DNA of 30,480 bases from a virus (lineage: Duplodnaviria; Heunggongvirae; Uroviricota; Caudoviricetes): the IMG/VR virus record IMGVR_UViG_2744054854_000009; one strand, given 5' to 3'. Positions 8,352-16,671 of this stretch are shown here, one piece after another. Below the pieces are notes generated by a model. The model searched no databases. It worked only from the letters and a program-made list of their open reading frames with translations, and was not told the DNA's origin. Position 1 is the stretch's first letter, and each line of letters opens with the position of its first letter. Position numbers and translations under genes: made by a program.

Positions 8352-8624
8352 TTGTATCGAGCATCGTCATTTCTGGCTGTACTGCAGGTCTGGTACCGCA
8401 CCGTCAGAAGTAACCATGTCTTCCGGAAAACGTTGGTTTCAGAAGTCAATACCTACATCAATACCCATCAGTGGCCTGGCAAAGCTGCTATTGGTCGTCT
8501 GAAAGGCGAGGAACTGGCGCAATATAATTCGTGGCTGGATTATCTGGACGCACTGGAACTGGTCGATACTTCCTGTGCGCCAGATATTGAATGGCCTACG
8601 CCTCCGGCAGTTCAGGCCAGCTAA
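8352..8624 (+). pseudogene. 5'-truncated remnant of an alternative tail fibre assembly gene (tfa', convergent with G)
   Basis: No ATG in the ORF (track start is TTG); C-terminal half ...YNSWLDYLDALELVDTSCAPDIEWPTPP matches the conserved Tfa C-terminal motif (W..Y...VDTS.APDIEWP) also seen at the end of G; no alternative tail-fibre C-terminus lies between it and the invertase. Confidence 0.6.
8421..8446. other. candidate degenerate invertase crossover site (hix/gix-like)
   Basis: ttccggAAAACG-TT-GGTTTCagaagt: quasi-palindrome around a central TT, opposite orientation to the site at 9471-9496. Confidence 0.3.
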
Positions 8625-9021
8625 CATGGTTGGGGTCGGTTTTCACATCAACCAATTTCACAGTGTTCTTATATGTCAGCCACGCCGACAGATTTGTCCT
8701 GTTGGTGTCACTGATTTCTCCCAGCATTAATTCTGTACGCCAGTCGAGCATCATCGCATCAGCATGAGCCAACAGCCGCTGACGTTCATTCTCAGCAGTC
8801 GCAATCAACTCTTCCTTGGTCGGAGGTGGAATATCAACCCAACCAGGCATCCCATTCACTGACCCCAGCTTTTTACCGGAGGGAGCTGCACCACAAAATT
8901 GGAGGTGAAGCACATGGGTAATTTCAATCAAATCATCAGGCCAGTTTCCCGCACGCTCGTAGGCTTCTTTGCGGTCGTCATCATAGAAACCAACAGTTGA
9001 CGCACTAAATAAAATTTTCAT
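8596..9021 (-). CDS. G: tail fibre assembly protein
   Basis: ATG at 9021 (MKILFSASTVGFYDDD...) 2 nt after the H-frame stop; C-terminus ...VDVKTDPNHVSWPELPEA has the Tfa-type motif; track ORF extends to 9096. Confidence 0.85.
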   Translation of the reverse strand: MKILFSASTVGFYDDDRKEAYERAGNWPDDLIEITHVLHLQFCGAAPSGKKLGSVNGMPGWVDIPPPTKEELIATAENERQRLLAHADAMMLDWRTELMLGEISDTNRTNLSAWLTYKNTVKLVDVKTDPNHVSWPELPEA

Positions 9022-9022
9022 A

Positions 9023-9346
9023 TCAATACCCCAGTGCGAACCAGAATCCGCCACTATTTGAGTTAAAATCAGAATCTTGCGCGACATGAAAACCAAATCC
9101 AGTTCTTACCACTCCGATAGCTGAACAACCAAACCCCTTTGTTGGCCGTGCCGTAGCGTCCAGTGTACACATCACGGCAACAGTAGCTGTCGGGTGAGTT
9201 ATAGTAAATGTGACGTTTGTAGTTTGCCCTGCGTTGGTTGGGCCAACTTTACCCCACTGCAAAATCAGTCCACCTGGTAGATACTGATATCCGATCGCGT
9301 TTTTCAATATAGACGTTTGTAGTTTGCCCTGCGTTGGTTGGGCCAA
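9023..9346 (-). pseudogene. H: out-of-frame C-terminal portion of tail fibre gene H, separated from the main ORF by a 100-bp duplication
   Basis: ORF repeats ...LKNAIGYQYLPGGLILQWGKVGPTNAGQTTNV (encoded by the repeat) then continues TFTITHPTATVAV...GGFWFALGY to a stop abutting G; has no independent start signal. Confidence 0.6.
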
Positions 9347-9409
9347 CTTTACCCCACTGCAAAATCAGTCCACCTGGTAGATACTGATATCCGATCGCGT
9401 TTTTCAATA
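9212..9409. repeat. perfect tandem direct repeat, 2 x 98 bp with period 100 bp, inside tail fibre gene H
   Basis: 9212-9309 is identical to 9312-9409 (read directly); period is not a multiple of 3, so the H frame shifts and stops at 9249-9251. Confidence 0.9.
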
Positions 9410-10091
9410 CTCCAAACGAACCCATGTCGGGGATTTGGTTTGTACCCGCACCCACATCACACAGTGCTGCCGATTTAATTCCAAGGTTTTGGAGAACCTG
9501 ATTTACCAGCCCAGCATCAACCATTTCTTTTAATGCATTAGCTATCAGTGGGTATTGCTTGTGCGGATTTGCAGCAGCTACGTGCTTTTTCATCACATCA
9601 TCGGCGTATGCCTTAACTTCAATAACGGCATCATCAACATATTTACGGGTTGCCAGCACCACTGACGGATCGATTTTCAGCGTCACAGCCTCGGTGCTGC
9701 TGACGATCAGGATCACGCGAATAACCTGCACGCGCCCGCTACCTTCCTGCAACTGCGGTTTATAAGTCTCTGCACAGTTGGCAACCGCAATCATATCGCC
9801 GTCTTTATCAAACAGGCCAATCTCACGGATCCACCATCCGCCCGCGTCTTCCGGTATAACCTGTTCCGCAATGATCTGATTGGTGTTTACCGGGTCAACA
9901 GTCAGCATGTTCAGCTGCGCGCGGCGCAGCTCATGCACGAGGGCGGTTTGGGCCGGATTGGGTGTCGGCAGCGCGCCGTTACCATCACCGACGGCCATTT
10001 GGGTGATCTCAACCTGCGCACCCAATGCCGTGGCGTTTGCCAGTTTTGCCGCCCCGATATTGGTTAACAGGGCAAAATATTTAGTCGCCAC
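9249..10091 (-). CDS. H: tail fibre protein H, truncated form (280 aa) ending inside the duplicated segment
   Basis: N-terminal region ATKYFALLTNIGAAKLANATALG...MAVGDGNGALP...YKPQLQEGSGR resembles P2 gpH N-terminus; GTG start at 10091 with GGAGA SD (track start is TTG at 10112); premature stop caused by the 100-bp duplication. Confidence 0.8.
   Translation of the reverse strand: MATKYFALLTNIGAAKLANATALGAQVEITQMAVGDGNGALPTPNPAQTALVHELRRAQLNMLTVDPVNTNQIIAEQVIPEDAGGWWIREIGLFDKDGDMIAVANCAETYKPQLQEGSGRVQVIRVILIVSSTEAVTLKIDPSVVLATRKYVDDAVIEVKAYADDVMKKHVAAANPHKQYPLIANALKEMVDAGLVNQVLQNLGIKSAALCDVGAGTNQIPDMGSFGVLKNAIGYQYLPGGLILQWGKVGPTNAGQTTNVYIEKRDRISVSTRWTDFAVG
9471..9496. other. candidate invertase crossover site (gix/hix-like) inside H
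   Basis: Coding-strand sequence TTCTCCAAAACC-TT-GGAATTAAATCG; left half matches the recalled conserved Hin/Gin half-site TTATCCAAAACC at 11 of 12 positions; encodes H residues VLQNLGIK just upstream of the C-terminal region. Confidence 0.4.
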
Positions 10092-10695
10092 TTGCGATCT
10101 CCACGGTATCAATTAAATGGACTGCCGCGCCGGTGTAGTCGCCACCGCCCACGGATATGGTTTCAGGAAAATAGGGGTAAACGGTCAACGTATCGCCGAT
10201 ATAACACCCCGCTCCGGCTTCGATATACCCCTGCGTCTGAAGCGAAAGCGAAAGGCCGGTAAGGTGGCGGCTTCTGGGTTTCGCGTCATCAATCAGGCGT
10301 TCAAGCTCCTGATATGTTTCCTCGGTTATCCCTTCGTCCTGAATGCCAATTTCAAGCTTGAAAGTGCCGGGCTCCTCGCCGCTCTGCCACCACTCAATCA
10401 CCCTCAGCAAATAGCCGAAAGGTTCAACAACGCGCCTCAACGCCGAAATCGTGCCTTTGTGGCGATGGACAAGCCACGAGGCTTTAATTACCTGCCTTTT
10501 GGTCTGTTCAGACCAGCGCTTATCCCAGCGATCAACAGACAACGCCCAGGCCAGATAGGGTAAAAACTCCACGGGGCATTCATCCGGATCCCAGAGCTTT
10601 CGAAGGTCGACAGGAATACCGCTGATCCGCGCCGTCGGTTTCTCCGCATTCCGCATGAAATTGCTGGCTGAAGGCGGCAGGAGGTTGTTATTCAT
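10081..10695 (-). CDS. I: baseplate assembly protein I
   Basis: 204 aa; MNNNLLPP...LPYLAWALSVDRWD...HRHKGT matches P2 gpI as recalled. Confidence 0.9.
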   Translation of the reverse strand: MNNNLLPPSASNFMRNAEKPTARISGIPVDLRKLWDPDECPVEFLPYLAWALSVDRWDKRWSEQTKRQVIKASWLVHRHKGTISALRRVVEPFGYLLRVIEWWQSGEEPGTFKLEIGIQDEGITEETYQELERLIDDAKPRSRHLTGLSLSLQTQGYIEAGAGCYIGDTLTVYPYFPETISVGGGDYTGAAVHLIDTVEIASGD

Positions 10696-11584
10696 CCGTT
10701 CCCCCTACGCTGATGGTGTGCGAAATACACCGTGCAGCCTGGGTATCATCGATCACGATATCTTCCAGAGGGTTCAGCAAGACGACGCGCTGCACCCCCT
10801 GAACATGCAGAGCGGCCATAATGGCCGAACGCGCAACATCGCGACCGATTTTCCCCTGCGCTCCCAGCCATGCCTGCAATGCATCATCTGCCGCGCTCAG
10901 GATCGGCTCAGATTCCGGCCCCGGATAGAGATAAAGCAGAGCGTTAATTTCATAATTCACAATCTCCGCTGACTGGACGGTGAGCCTGTCAGCGACAGGC
11001 CGCTTATCATCCGCTGAGAGCGTGTCGTTTACCGTTGCGATCAGCTCGGCGCTCGCCGTGCCATCTCCTTCGGTAGACAGAATGGATACGACGACGACAG
11101 CGGGAGAAGGACTGGTTGCTTTGGCGTCTGCAACTTTACCGCTGGCGCTTTTCGCAAAATATTCATAAGCCCCGGTAGGACCGGCAACGCTCAGCCCTTC
11201 AAAAGCGGATTGTGCACGCAAACGCAGTGATGTATCGCTTTCCATCTCCGCATCAGTGGTTTCCGTAGCAGGAACACGAACCAGGCGTTCGGTGTTCAGG
11301 TTGCCAGCAAGGTTATCAAGGTCAGTGGATACGGAATGGCTTAACATGCAGGCCGCAGCGCCCTCATTGATTCGCTGACGCAGCATTAATTCCCGGTAGG
11401 CAATTACCTGCGCCAGTATGGTCAGGGGTTCAGACTCAAGTTTTAACGCAGCGGCAACAGAAGCCTGCTGTTCATCAGGGAAAGCCGCGATCATGACGGC
11501 TTTGACATCCGCCAGGATCACTTCAAAATCCAGCACTTCAATAATTTGCGGCGGTGGTAACTGCGCCAAATCAACTGTTGCCAT
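10688..11584 (-). CDS. J: baseplate assembly protein J
   Basis: 298 aa; position between W and I and P2 gpJ-like sequence; overlaps neighbours by a few nt. Confidence 0.9.
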   Translation of the reverse strand: MATVDLAQLPPPQIIEVLDFEVILADVKAVMIAAFPDEQQASVAAALKLESEPLTILAQVIAYRELMLRQRINEGAAACMLSHSVSTDLDNLAGNLNTERLVRVPATETTDAEMESDTSLRLRAQSAFEGLSVAGPTGAYEYFAKSASGKVADAKATSPSPAVVVVSILSTEGDGTASAELIATVNDTLSADDKRPVADRLTVQSAEIVNYEINALLYLYPGPESEPILSAADDALQAWLGAQGKIGRDVARSAIMAALHVQGVQRVVLLNPLEDIVIDDTQAARCISHTISVGGTDE

Positions 11585-11939
11585 TGCTGCTTTTCCTGAG
11601 TGTTAAAGTTGTCTTCTGCTGTTCCATGGATTCTGTCAGCGAGCCTGATAATCCCGCTTCCACTGCCCCGGACTGAGAAAAGCGTACATCCACGGCGCTC
11701 AGAGTGATCCGTGGTTCCCATGTCGCCAGCGCAATCACCACCGCGCTCATCAGCTGCATACGTGTAACGTCGTTTTGCGGGCCATCAATCAGGTCAGGAA
11801 CAAGAGAGCCGTAATCACGGCGCATGAGCCTTGAGCCAATCGGGGTGTTAAGAATGTCACTGGCTGACTGCCACACGTGGGCGGCGTCCGTCAGCGTTCC
11901 CGTGCCATCAGGATTCATCCCGGTATAGCGCACCGTCAT
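11571..11939 (-). CDS. W: baseplate assembly protein W (gp25/lysozyme-like baseplate wedge family)
   Basis: 122 aa; position between V and J; ATGA-type overlap with V. Confidence 0.85.
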   Translation of the reverse strand: MTVRYTGMNPDGTGTLTDAAHVWQSASDILNTPIGSRLMRRDYGSLVPDLIDGPQNDVTRMQLMSAVVIALATWEPRITLSAVDVRFSQSGAVEAGLSGSLTESMEQQKTTLTLRKSSNGNS

Positions 11940-12520
11940 TTCGTGCCCTCCGTCCAGCTTCCGCCACGCTGTACAGCACCATGACCATGATCATCAACCT
12001 GCACACCGTTTGAGATGAACGCACCGCCTGTGTGCGTAAAGTCCCCCTGCATTTTGCCGCCTTCCGTAACGGTGAAGTTTTTGGTTTTCAGCATCTCGGT
12101 ACACTCGACCAGCGGCGTTTTCAGTAAGACCTTAACCGACGCCTCAATCGTTGCTGATTTGATGCCACTGACCTGCAAAGCCCCTGCCTCTGCGTCATAG
12201 CGAAACTTCGCGCCATCCGGCGCGGTCACGATCATTTCTTTTGTCGATGCGCCTGGCGCCGGATTGTCGTTGCTGTAAAGACTTCCCCCGATGATCGCAG
12301 CGGTTGTATTCCCCCCCAGACTCAGGAACCAAACCTGCTCGCCAACAGACGGCGGCACCCAGACGCTGAAAGCGCCTGCACGCTGTGCATTCCAGCGCAG
12401 CCAGGTGGAATCCAGCTCTCCGCTTTGTACCCGTACCCGCCATTTTTTCTCGTCAATCTCCGTCACCGTACCGGTGCGAACGATGTTTTCCAGCAGGCGG
12501 ATGACCTCAGCCAGATCCAT
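11936..12520 (-). CDS. V: baseplate spike/assembly protein V
   Basis: 194 aa; ...PPSVGEQVWFLSLGG...HTGGAFISNGVQVDDHGH resembles P2 gpV; start shares one nt with S stop (TGATG). Confidence 0.9.
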   Translation of the reverse strand: MDLAEVIRLLENIVRTGTVTEIDEKKWRVRVQSGELDSTWLRWNAQRAGAFSVWVPPSVGEQVWFLSLGGNTTAAIIGGSLYSNDNPAPGASTKEMIVTAPDGAKFRYDAEAGALQVSGIKSATIEASVKVLLKTPLVECTEMLKTKNFTVTEGGKMQGDFTHTGGAFISNGVQVDDHGHGAVQRGGSWTEGTK

Positions 12521-13161
12521 CAGCTCACCCCCAGAGAATCAATGACCTGTCTGGCGATAGCCATGCGGTCCGCTTTGCTCAGGCCGAGCAACTCACGGCG
12601 CGGATAACTCGCCATCGCTCCGCTGTCGTTAACCCTGTCCCGTAACCCGTACTGGTGAACACGGGCGATGCGGGCAGCTGCACCAGAGAAACCAACTACA
12701 GCCCCCTCAGAAGTCGCTCTTGCTTTCAGAAAACGGGTTGTGCGCAGTCGGCGAAACATAGGATCACTTTTTGTGGTATCGCGGCGCGTCTCGCTGAAAC
12801 TGATATCAAGATAACGCTCAATATCAGAGCGATAGAACGAGCGAACAGCCCCCTTACCCTCATCAAAGCCTGTCAGCATGCGTCCCCGGCTTCCACGGCT
12901 TGCCCGCCAGTTTCGCAGGCGACGCTCCTCACCCTGCCAGATAAACCCGATCCCAGCCTGGGAGCGTAAGACACGGCGGCGACGCTTCGGGTATTTTGTG
13001 CCATCCGGAGCTGTCTGTTTTCCGATGCGCTGGCTCTGGCTACGGCGTAATGTAGTCGCTATTCCGCGCGCTGTACGCAACCGGCCCGCTGGCGCCATTG
13101 CGGAAAGGATGTCTGCAAAAACCTGATCGAGCTGATGAAACAGCGCTGCATCACCGGTCAT
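12520..13161 (-). CDS. S: tail completion / virion morphogenesis protein S
   Basis: Start chosen at ATG 13161 (MTGDAALF..., GGAGGAG SD), overlapping R stop by 4 nt; Arg-rich gpS-like protein; track start 13194. Confidence 0.85.
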   Translation of the reverse strand: MTGDAALFHQLDQVFADILSAMAPAGRLRTARGIATTLRRSQSQRIGKQTAPDGTKYPKRRRRVLRSQAGIGFIWQGEERRLRNWRASRGSRGRMLTGFDEGKGAVRSFYRSDIERYLDISFSETRRDTTKSDPMFRRLRTTRFLKARATSEGAVVGFSGAAARIARVHQYGLRDRVNDSGAMASYPRRELLGLSKADRMAIARQVIDSLGVS

Positions 13162-13607
13162 GCCAGCTCTCCTCCGCCAAATACCACCTCCCACTCACCG
13201 CCATAGATGCGAGGGCGGTCTTCACTCAGGTGTTTCGCGACTGGCTTCCCGTCAACGATTTCCACCATGACGCGCTCCCAGACCGGCACCTTGAAGAGAA
13301 GATCAGCCAGGTCATCGCTGATAATGTCGGCGTCAAACTCCACCTTGCGGTTATTGTCAGGATTCAGCAGTAAATCCGGCTGATATTGCCAGGCCCAGGC
13401 CATAATCGGCAGCATCAGGTCATCAACCGCCCCGGGGAACTCCACGGCGAGAACATTGATGGTGTAGAGATACATGAATGACGGTTCGCCGGTCGCTTCA
13501 ATCCCGATATTGCCTTTTTCCACCCAGACGGTGATTTGCTCCGGGTTGGCCTTACACCAGGTGTTACCGGCTATCAGGGCTTCACGCATCAACTCTGCTT
13601 TTTTCAC
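13158..13607 (-). CDS. R: tail completion protein R
   Basis: 149 aa; GTG start at 13607 with GGGGGA SD; ...ALIAGNTWCKANPEQITVWV aligns with P2 gpR N-terminus as recalled. Confidence 0.85.
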   Translation of the reverse strand: MKKAELMREALIAGNTWCKANPEQITVWVEKGNIGIEATGEPSFMYLYTINVLAVEFPGAVDDLMLPIMAWAWQYQPDLLLNPDNNRKVEFDADIISDDLADLLFKVPVWERVMVEIVDGKPVAKHLSEDRPRIYGGEWEVVFGGGELA

Positions 13608-13900
13608 TTTATCCCCCTGGCAATTCGCCGCAGTTCCAGCTCTCTGATACCCGCCTTATCGGCGTTGCATGTGTCCAGCGCATCCAGCAGCGCATCGGAC
13701 CACGGAGCGAGACTCCCGTATGTCATTGGTTTTGGCGGTGCTGGCGTTTCAGTTTTTGCCGTCAGGCTTTCCGGCAAAGGTTCCTGAATAATCACCGGCG
13801 CTGACTTCGGCGGCTCGCTGGTACAGGCTGTCAGCCACACGGTCAGGCACAGGCACAGCGGCACATTTATCACCGGCCAGCTCAGTTTTGATATTTTCAC
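13604..13900 (-). CDS. outer-membrane lipoprotein spanin (o-spanin, LysC/Rz1-like), overlapping the i-spanin gene
   Basis: 98 aa; signal peptide with lipobox (VWLTAC), Pro-rich mature part; reading frame overlaps the 3' part of the i-spanin gene (13749-13900). Confidence 0.7.
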   Translation of the reverse strand: MKISKLSWPVINVPLCLCLTVWLTACTSEPPKSAPVIIQEPLPESLTAKTETPAPPKPMTYGSLAPWSDALLDALDTCNADKAGIRELELRRIARGIK

Positions 13901-14144
13901 GGCGCTTTTCCCCTGTATCGCTACGCTTCTGAGCCAGTGTTTTCAGACCGACGGCCACTTCGTTTACGTCGTTACGTAACGCCCTGACCTCGGCCAGCAC
14001 TTCACCGGTTTGCTTAAGCCTCTGGTTGGCTTCTCCAAGGGCCTTCTCTGCGGCCTCTCGTTTACTGCTCTCCAGCGTCAGCCTGACGCCTGCGATGACC
14101 AGCAGAAGGGATATAAAAACGGAAAATACACCCAGCGCTTTCAT
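13749..14144 (-). CDS. inner-membrane spanin (i-spanin, LysB/Rz-like)
   Basis: 131 aa; N-terminal transmembrane helix (LGVFSVFISLLLVIAGV) followed by charged coiled-coil-like region; ATGA overlap with endolysin stop. Confidence 0.75.
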   Translation of the reverse strand: MKALGVFSVFISLLLVIAGVRLTLESSKREAAEKALGEANQRLKQTGEVLAEVRALRNDVNEVAVGLKTLAQKRSDTGEKRRENIKTELAGDKCAAVPVPDRVADSLYQRAAEVSAGDYSGTFAGKPDGKN

Positions 14145-14692
14145 TTCGCCCCCTTCAGCTCAGGCTCTGACAGGCACCAGTCCCGAAACTCTTCCCGACG
14201 CTTTACCAGCCCCGGCAGACGTTTTCCGCCGGAGTTAACAAAGTCTGTGAGCCGCTCGCAAACGCCCCGCCAGTTACCATCCTGTGCATTGCGCCAGATT
14301 GTTGTTCTGACCTTCTGGCCCCTTTTGTTGGTGTACCAGCCAAGACCACCACAACCGACGTTAAATGCGCCATCAGTCAGCGCTTCGAAAACACGTTGTG
14401 GTGCAGCTGCGCCATTAAACTCGCGGTTTACGCATTTCTCAGCACGAAACAGGTCATTCACCCATCGCTCGGCGATCTCGCGCTCGGCGTATTCGCGGTT
14501 CTGCACGTTACTGGTCGACCCCATGCCTACGGTCAGCACACCCGCCGGGCAGTAATACGGCGTCTTTCGACAATCCTCGTATTTCGCCATCTTCAGCTGC
14601 GCTTCAGGACTTGTACGCAGCGTCTGCGGCCAGAGTGCCGCTGCGAGAGAGACAATCGCCGCAACAGAACAGGCAATAATTCCTCTTTTCAT
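14141..14692 (-). CDS. phage endolysin, probable signal-anchor-release (SAR) lysozyme
   Basis: 183 aa; weakly hydrophobic Ala/Gly/Ser-rich N-terminus (GIIACSVAAIVSLAAALW) followed by a lysozyme-like catalytic region (YEDCRKTPYYCPAGVLTVGMGST); ATGA overlap with holin. Confidence 0.75.
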   Translation of the reverse strand: MKRGIIACSVAAIVSLAAALWPQTLRTSPEAQLKMAKYEDCRKTPYYCPAGVLTVGMGSTSNVQNREYAEREIAERWVNDLFRAEKCVNREFNGAAAPQRVFEALTDGAFNVGCGGLGWYTNKRGQKVRTTIWRNAQDGNWRGVCERLTDFVNSGGKRLPGLVKRREEFRDWCLSEPELKGAK

Positions 14693-14970
14693 CGCGGTGA
14701 CTCCCTGATAGTCCGGATTAACTCCTTCACGTCCTGCCGGTTCTCGGTATCGTCCCGAATCGCATCGATCAATTCATTCAGCAGAACATTATTGGTTTCA
14801 TGGATGCGGGACATCCGGCGGCGATGGAGTTCACCCAGCACGGCAACCACGATCCCGGTGAGCGCAGCAATGAAAGCCAGCCAGTCCTTCTGCGTCATCA
14901 TGCCTACGCCCGTCAGCAGCATCGACCAGAGGTATACCGTCCAGTTCCAGAGGCGGTTTATCAGCTCCAT
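14689..14970 (-). CDS. putative holin
   Basis: 93 aa, two hydrophobic segments and charged C-terminus; sits between tail gene X and the endolysin as the P2 holin Y does. Confidence 0.65.
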   Translation of the reverse strand: MELINRLWNWTVYLWSMLLTGVGMMTQKDWLAFIAALTGIVVAVLGELHRRRMSRIHETNNVLLNELIDAIRDDTENRQDVKELIRTIRESPR

Positions 14971-15161
14971 AATTGAACAGTCTCCTTTGTCGCAGAGGTG
15001 TCGACGTCAGGCAGTTCAACTTCCTGCCCTGCATCAAGGAAGATCTGACCGGCCAGCGCATGATTCGCAGCCAGTACGATCTCGGTCACGCCCTGGGTGA
15101 TGCCGTAGTGACGCTGACACAACAAATCCACTGTATCGCCCTGCAATGCCTTCACTTTCAT
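14961..15161 (-). CDS. X: tail protein X (LysM-like)
   Basis: 66 aa; MKVKALQGDTVDLLCQRHYG...VELPDV... matches P2 gpX as recalled. Confidence 0.85.
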   Translation of the reverse strand: MKVKALQGDTVDLLCQRHYGITQGVTEIVLAANHALAGQIFLDAGQEVELPDVDTSATKETVQLWS

Positions 15162-15658
15162 CAGAACGCCTCCGCAGAGTTACGGACCACACCCTGAATA
15201 TCCGAGATAGCCCAGCGCGCATCACGCCAGTGATCATTCGCCTGGGTTGCGAGTGCGGCGGCGCGCTTCTCGCCCGCGTCGCCCGTGGTGTCAACATCGC
15301 GGAAAGTCTCGATCAGCAGGGCACGCGAGATGCTGTAAACTGCGCGGCGCCAGCGATATACCTTTACGCTCTCGTCGTTTATCACCATGGCCGGTACGGC
15401 GGCCAAACTGGTATATCCGGCCCCAATCTGTTCAGCCTGCCATTGCTTCAGCTGGTCAGCAGTGTGAGCTACGGCTTCGATGACCACCTGCTTTAAACGC
15501 GAAGTGGTAACCGCACCGGTGATCCGCATCTCCTTACGGACGTTGCTCAGCACTATCTCGGGCCAGAACTCCCCGGCGGTGACTTTCTCTCCGCCGTCAT
15601 CCACGTCCGGCACATCCTCCGCAGAGGGGGTAACTGTGCGAGGGGCCACAAGGCTCAT
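15161..15658 (-). CDS. L: capsid completion protein L
   Basis: 165 aa; ...EFWPEI...YRWRRAVYSI...DARWAISDI matches P2 gpL as recalled. Confidence 0.9.
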   Translation of the reverse strand: MSLVAPRTVTPSAEDVPDVDDGGEKVTAGEFWPEIVLSNVRKEMRITGAVTTSRLKQVVIEAVAHTADQLKQWQAEQIGAGYTSLAAVPAMVINDESVKVYRWRRAVYSISRALLIETFRDVDTTGDAGEKRAAALATQANDHWRDARWAISDIQGVVRNSAEAF

Positions 15659-15761
15659 CGTGTAGTCTCCAGAAAAGGTTGGCGGTGAGCGGACGGAGAA
15701 AAGCTAACGCGATGCGTTGCAGATCTCCGCCCGCGCCGCCAGCGCACGGGGCGCAAGTCGG

Positions 15762-16625
15762 TTATTTTTTATCGGCGGTGCTCTTTTTCGTCGTTGTTTT
15801 GCGGGCCGCCGTTTTACGTGTTGTGTTGCCAGGGTTGCTTTTGGTGGCTGGCTTTTTGGCAGCTGGCACCGTCACTTCCGGCGTTGCTGCAGCCTGATCA
15901 TTACCCCCTTCGCCCCCGCTCTGGTCTGCGCCCTCACTGTCTGATGCATTTTCCGCAGAGGCCTTTTTCACCTGCCTGGCAAGCTTATCGATCAGTTTTT
16001 TCACCCCGGCGCCGGAGTCGAGATTCAGCGCACGGCGCAACAGCTCCAGCGCAGTCGCCTGTTCATCCGTTGTGCCGTTGCACAATGCAAAAGCGCGGGC
16101 TTTATACAGCTTGGCCCGGACAACGTCTGGCATATCGCTGTTTTCAGTGATCTCCTGGACCTCATCGAGCACCGCCAGATATGGCTTAACATCAGTGCTG
16201 TCATCCGCCTTGACCTGCAACAGAATGGGATCGCAAATCTCATCGACCAGCGCTGTCGCTGCCGTGCGGTTAAACCGGTCTGGCATTGCCAGATTGTGCG
16301 CGATGACATACCGACCGATGCGGACGGCCAGTGGATAATCACGAATATCAATCGCCCAAATCATCAGTCGCGTGATCACTTCATCCTGTCGCCCGCTGTC
16401 TCCCTCCAGCGTTCCTTCAATCCACCCCTCGTAATTGGGTAGCAGCTGGCGTTTAAGCGCGGCTTTTGCCTGTTCGCCCTGAATTTTCTTCAGCGCACTC
16501 ATATCCATACGCATGCGATGCAGAATTTGCTCGTGCGCAGTACGCGCTGTTTCTGACAGATCATCTGCCTTGCCATGGCGTTCAGCCATGACGCGTTGAA
16601 AATGTCGTTGTGCCGGTGTCAGCAT
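15762..16625 (-). CDS. M: terminase endonuclease (small) subunit M
   Basis: Start chosen at ATG 16625 (MLTPAQRHF..., cf. P2 M MTSPAQRH...); basic Lys/Thr-rich C-terminal tail; track ORF extends to 16715. Confidence 0.9.
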   Translation of the reverse strand: MLTPAQRHFQRVMAERHGKADDLSETARTAHEQILHRMRMDMSALKKIQGEQAKAALKRQLLPNYEGWIEGTLEGDSGRQDEVITRLMIWAIDIRDYPLAVRIGRYVIAHNLAMPDRFNRTAATALVDEICDPILLQVKADDSTDVKPYLAVLDEVQEITENSDMPDVVRAKLYKARAFALCNGTTDEQATALELLRRALNLDSGAGVKKLIDKLARQVKKASAENASDSEGADQSGGEGGNDQAAATPEVTVPAAKKPATKSNPGNTTRKTAARKTTTKKSTADKK

Positions 16626-16671
16626 TGTTTCTTCCCCGATGAACGGCGGGCCGAAGCCCGCCAGTGTGCGG

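Noticed and set aside
9090-9441. 11-bp inverted repeat AAACCAAATCC (9090-9100) / GGATTTGGTTT (9431-9441) flanking the duplicated region of H
   Set aside because: An exact 11-mer inverted match between two sub-kilobase regions is plausible by chance; it does not extend and both copies are inside coding sequence.
14396-15100. 234-aa plus-strand ORF across the lysis genes
   Set aside because: Antisense to the holin, endolysin and X genes, which have coupled starts and recognisable products; Arg/Ser-rich shadow frame.
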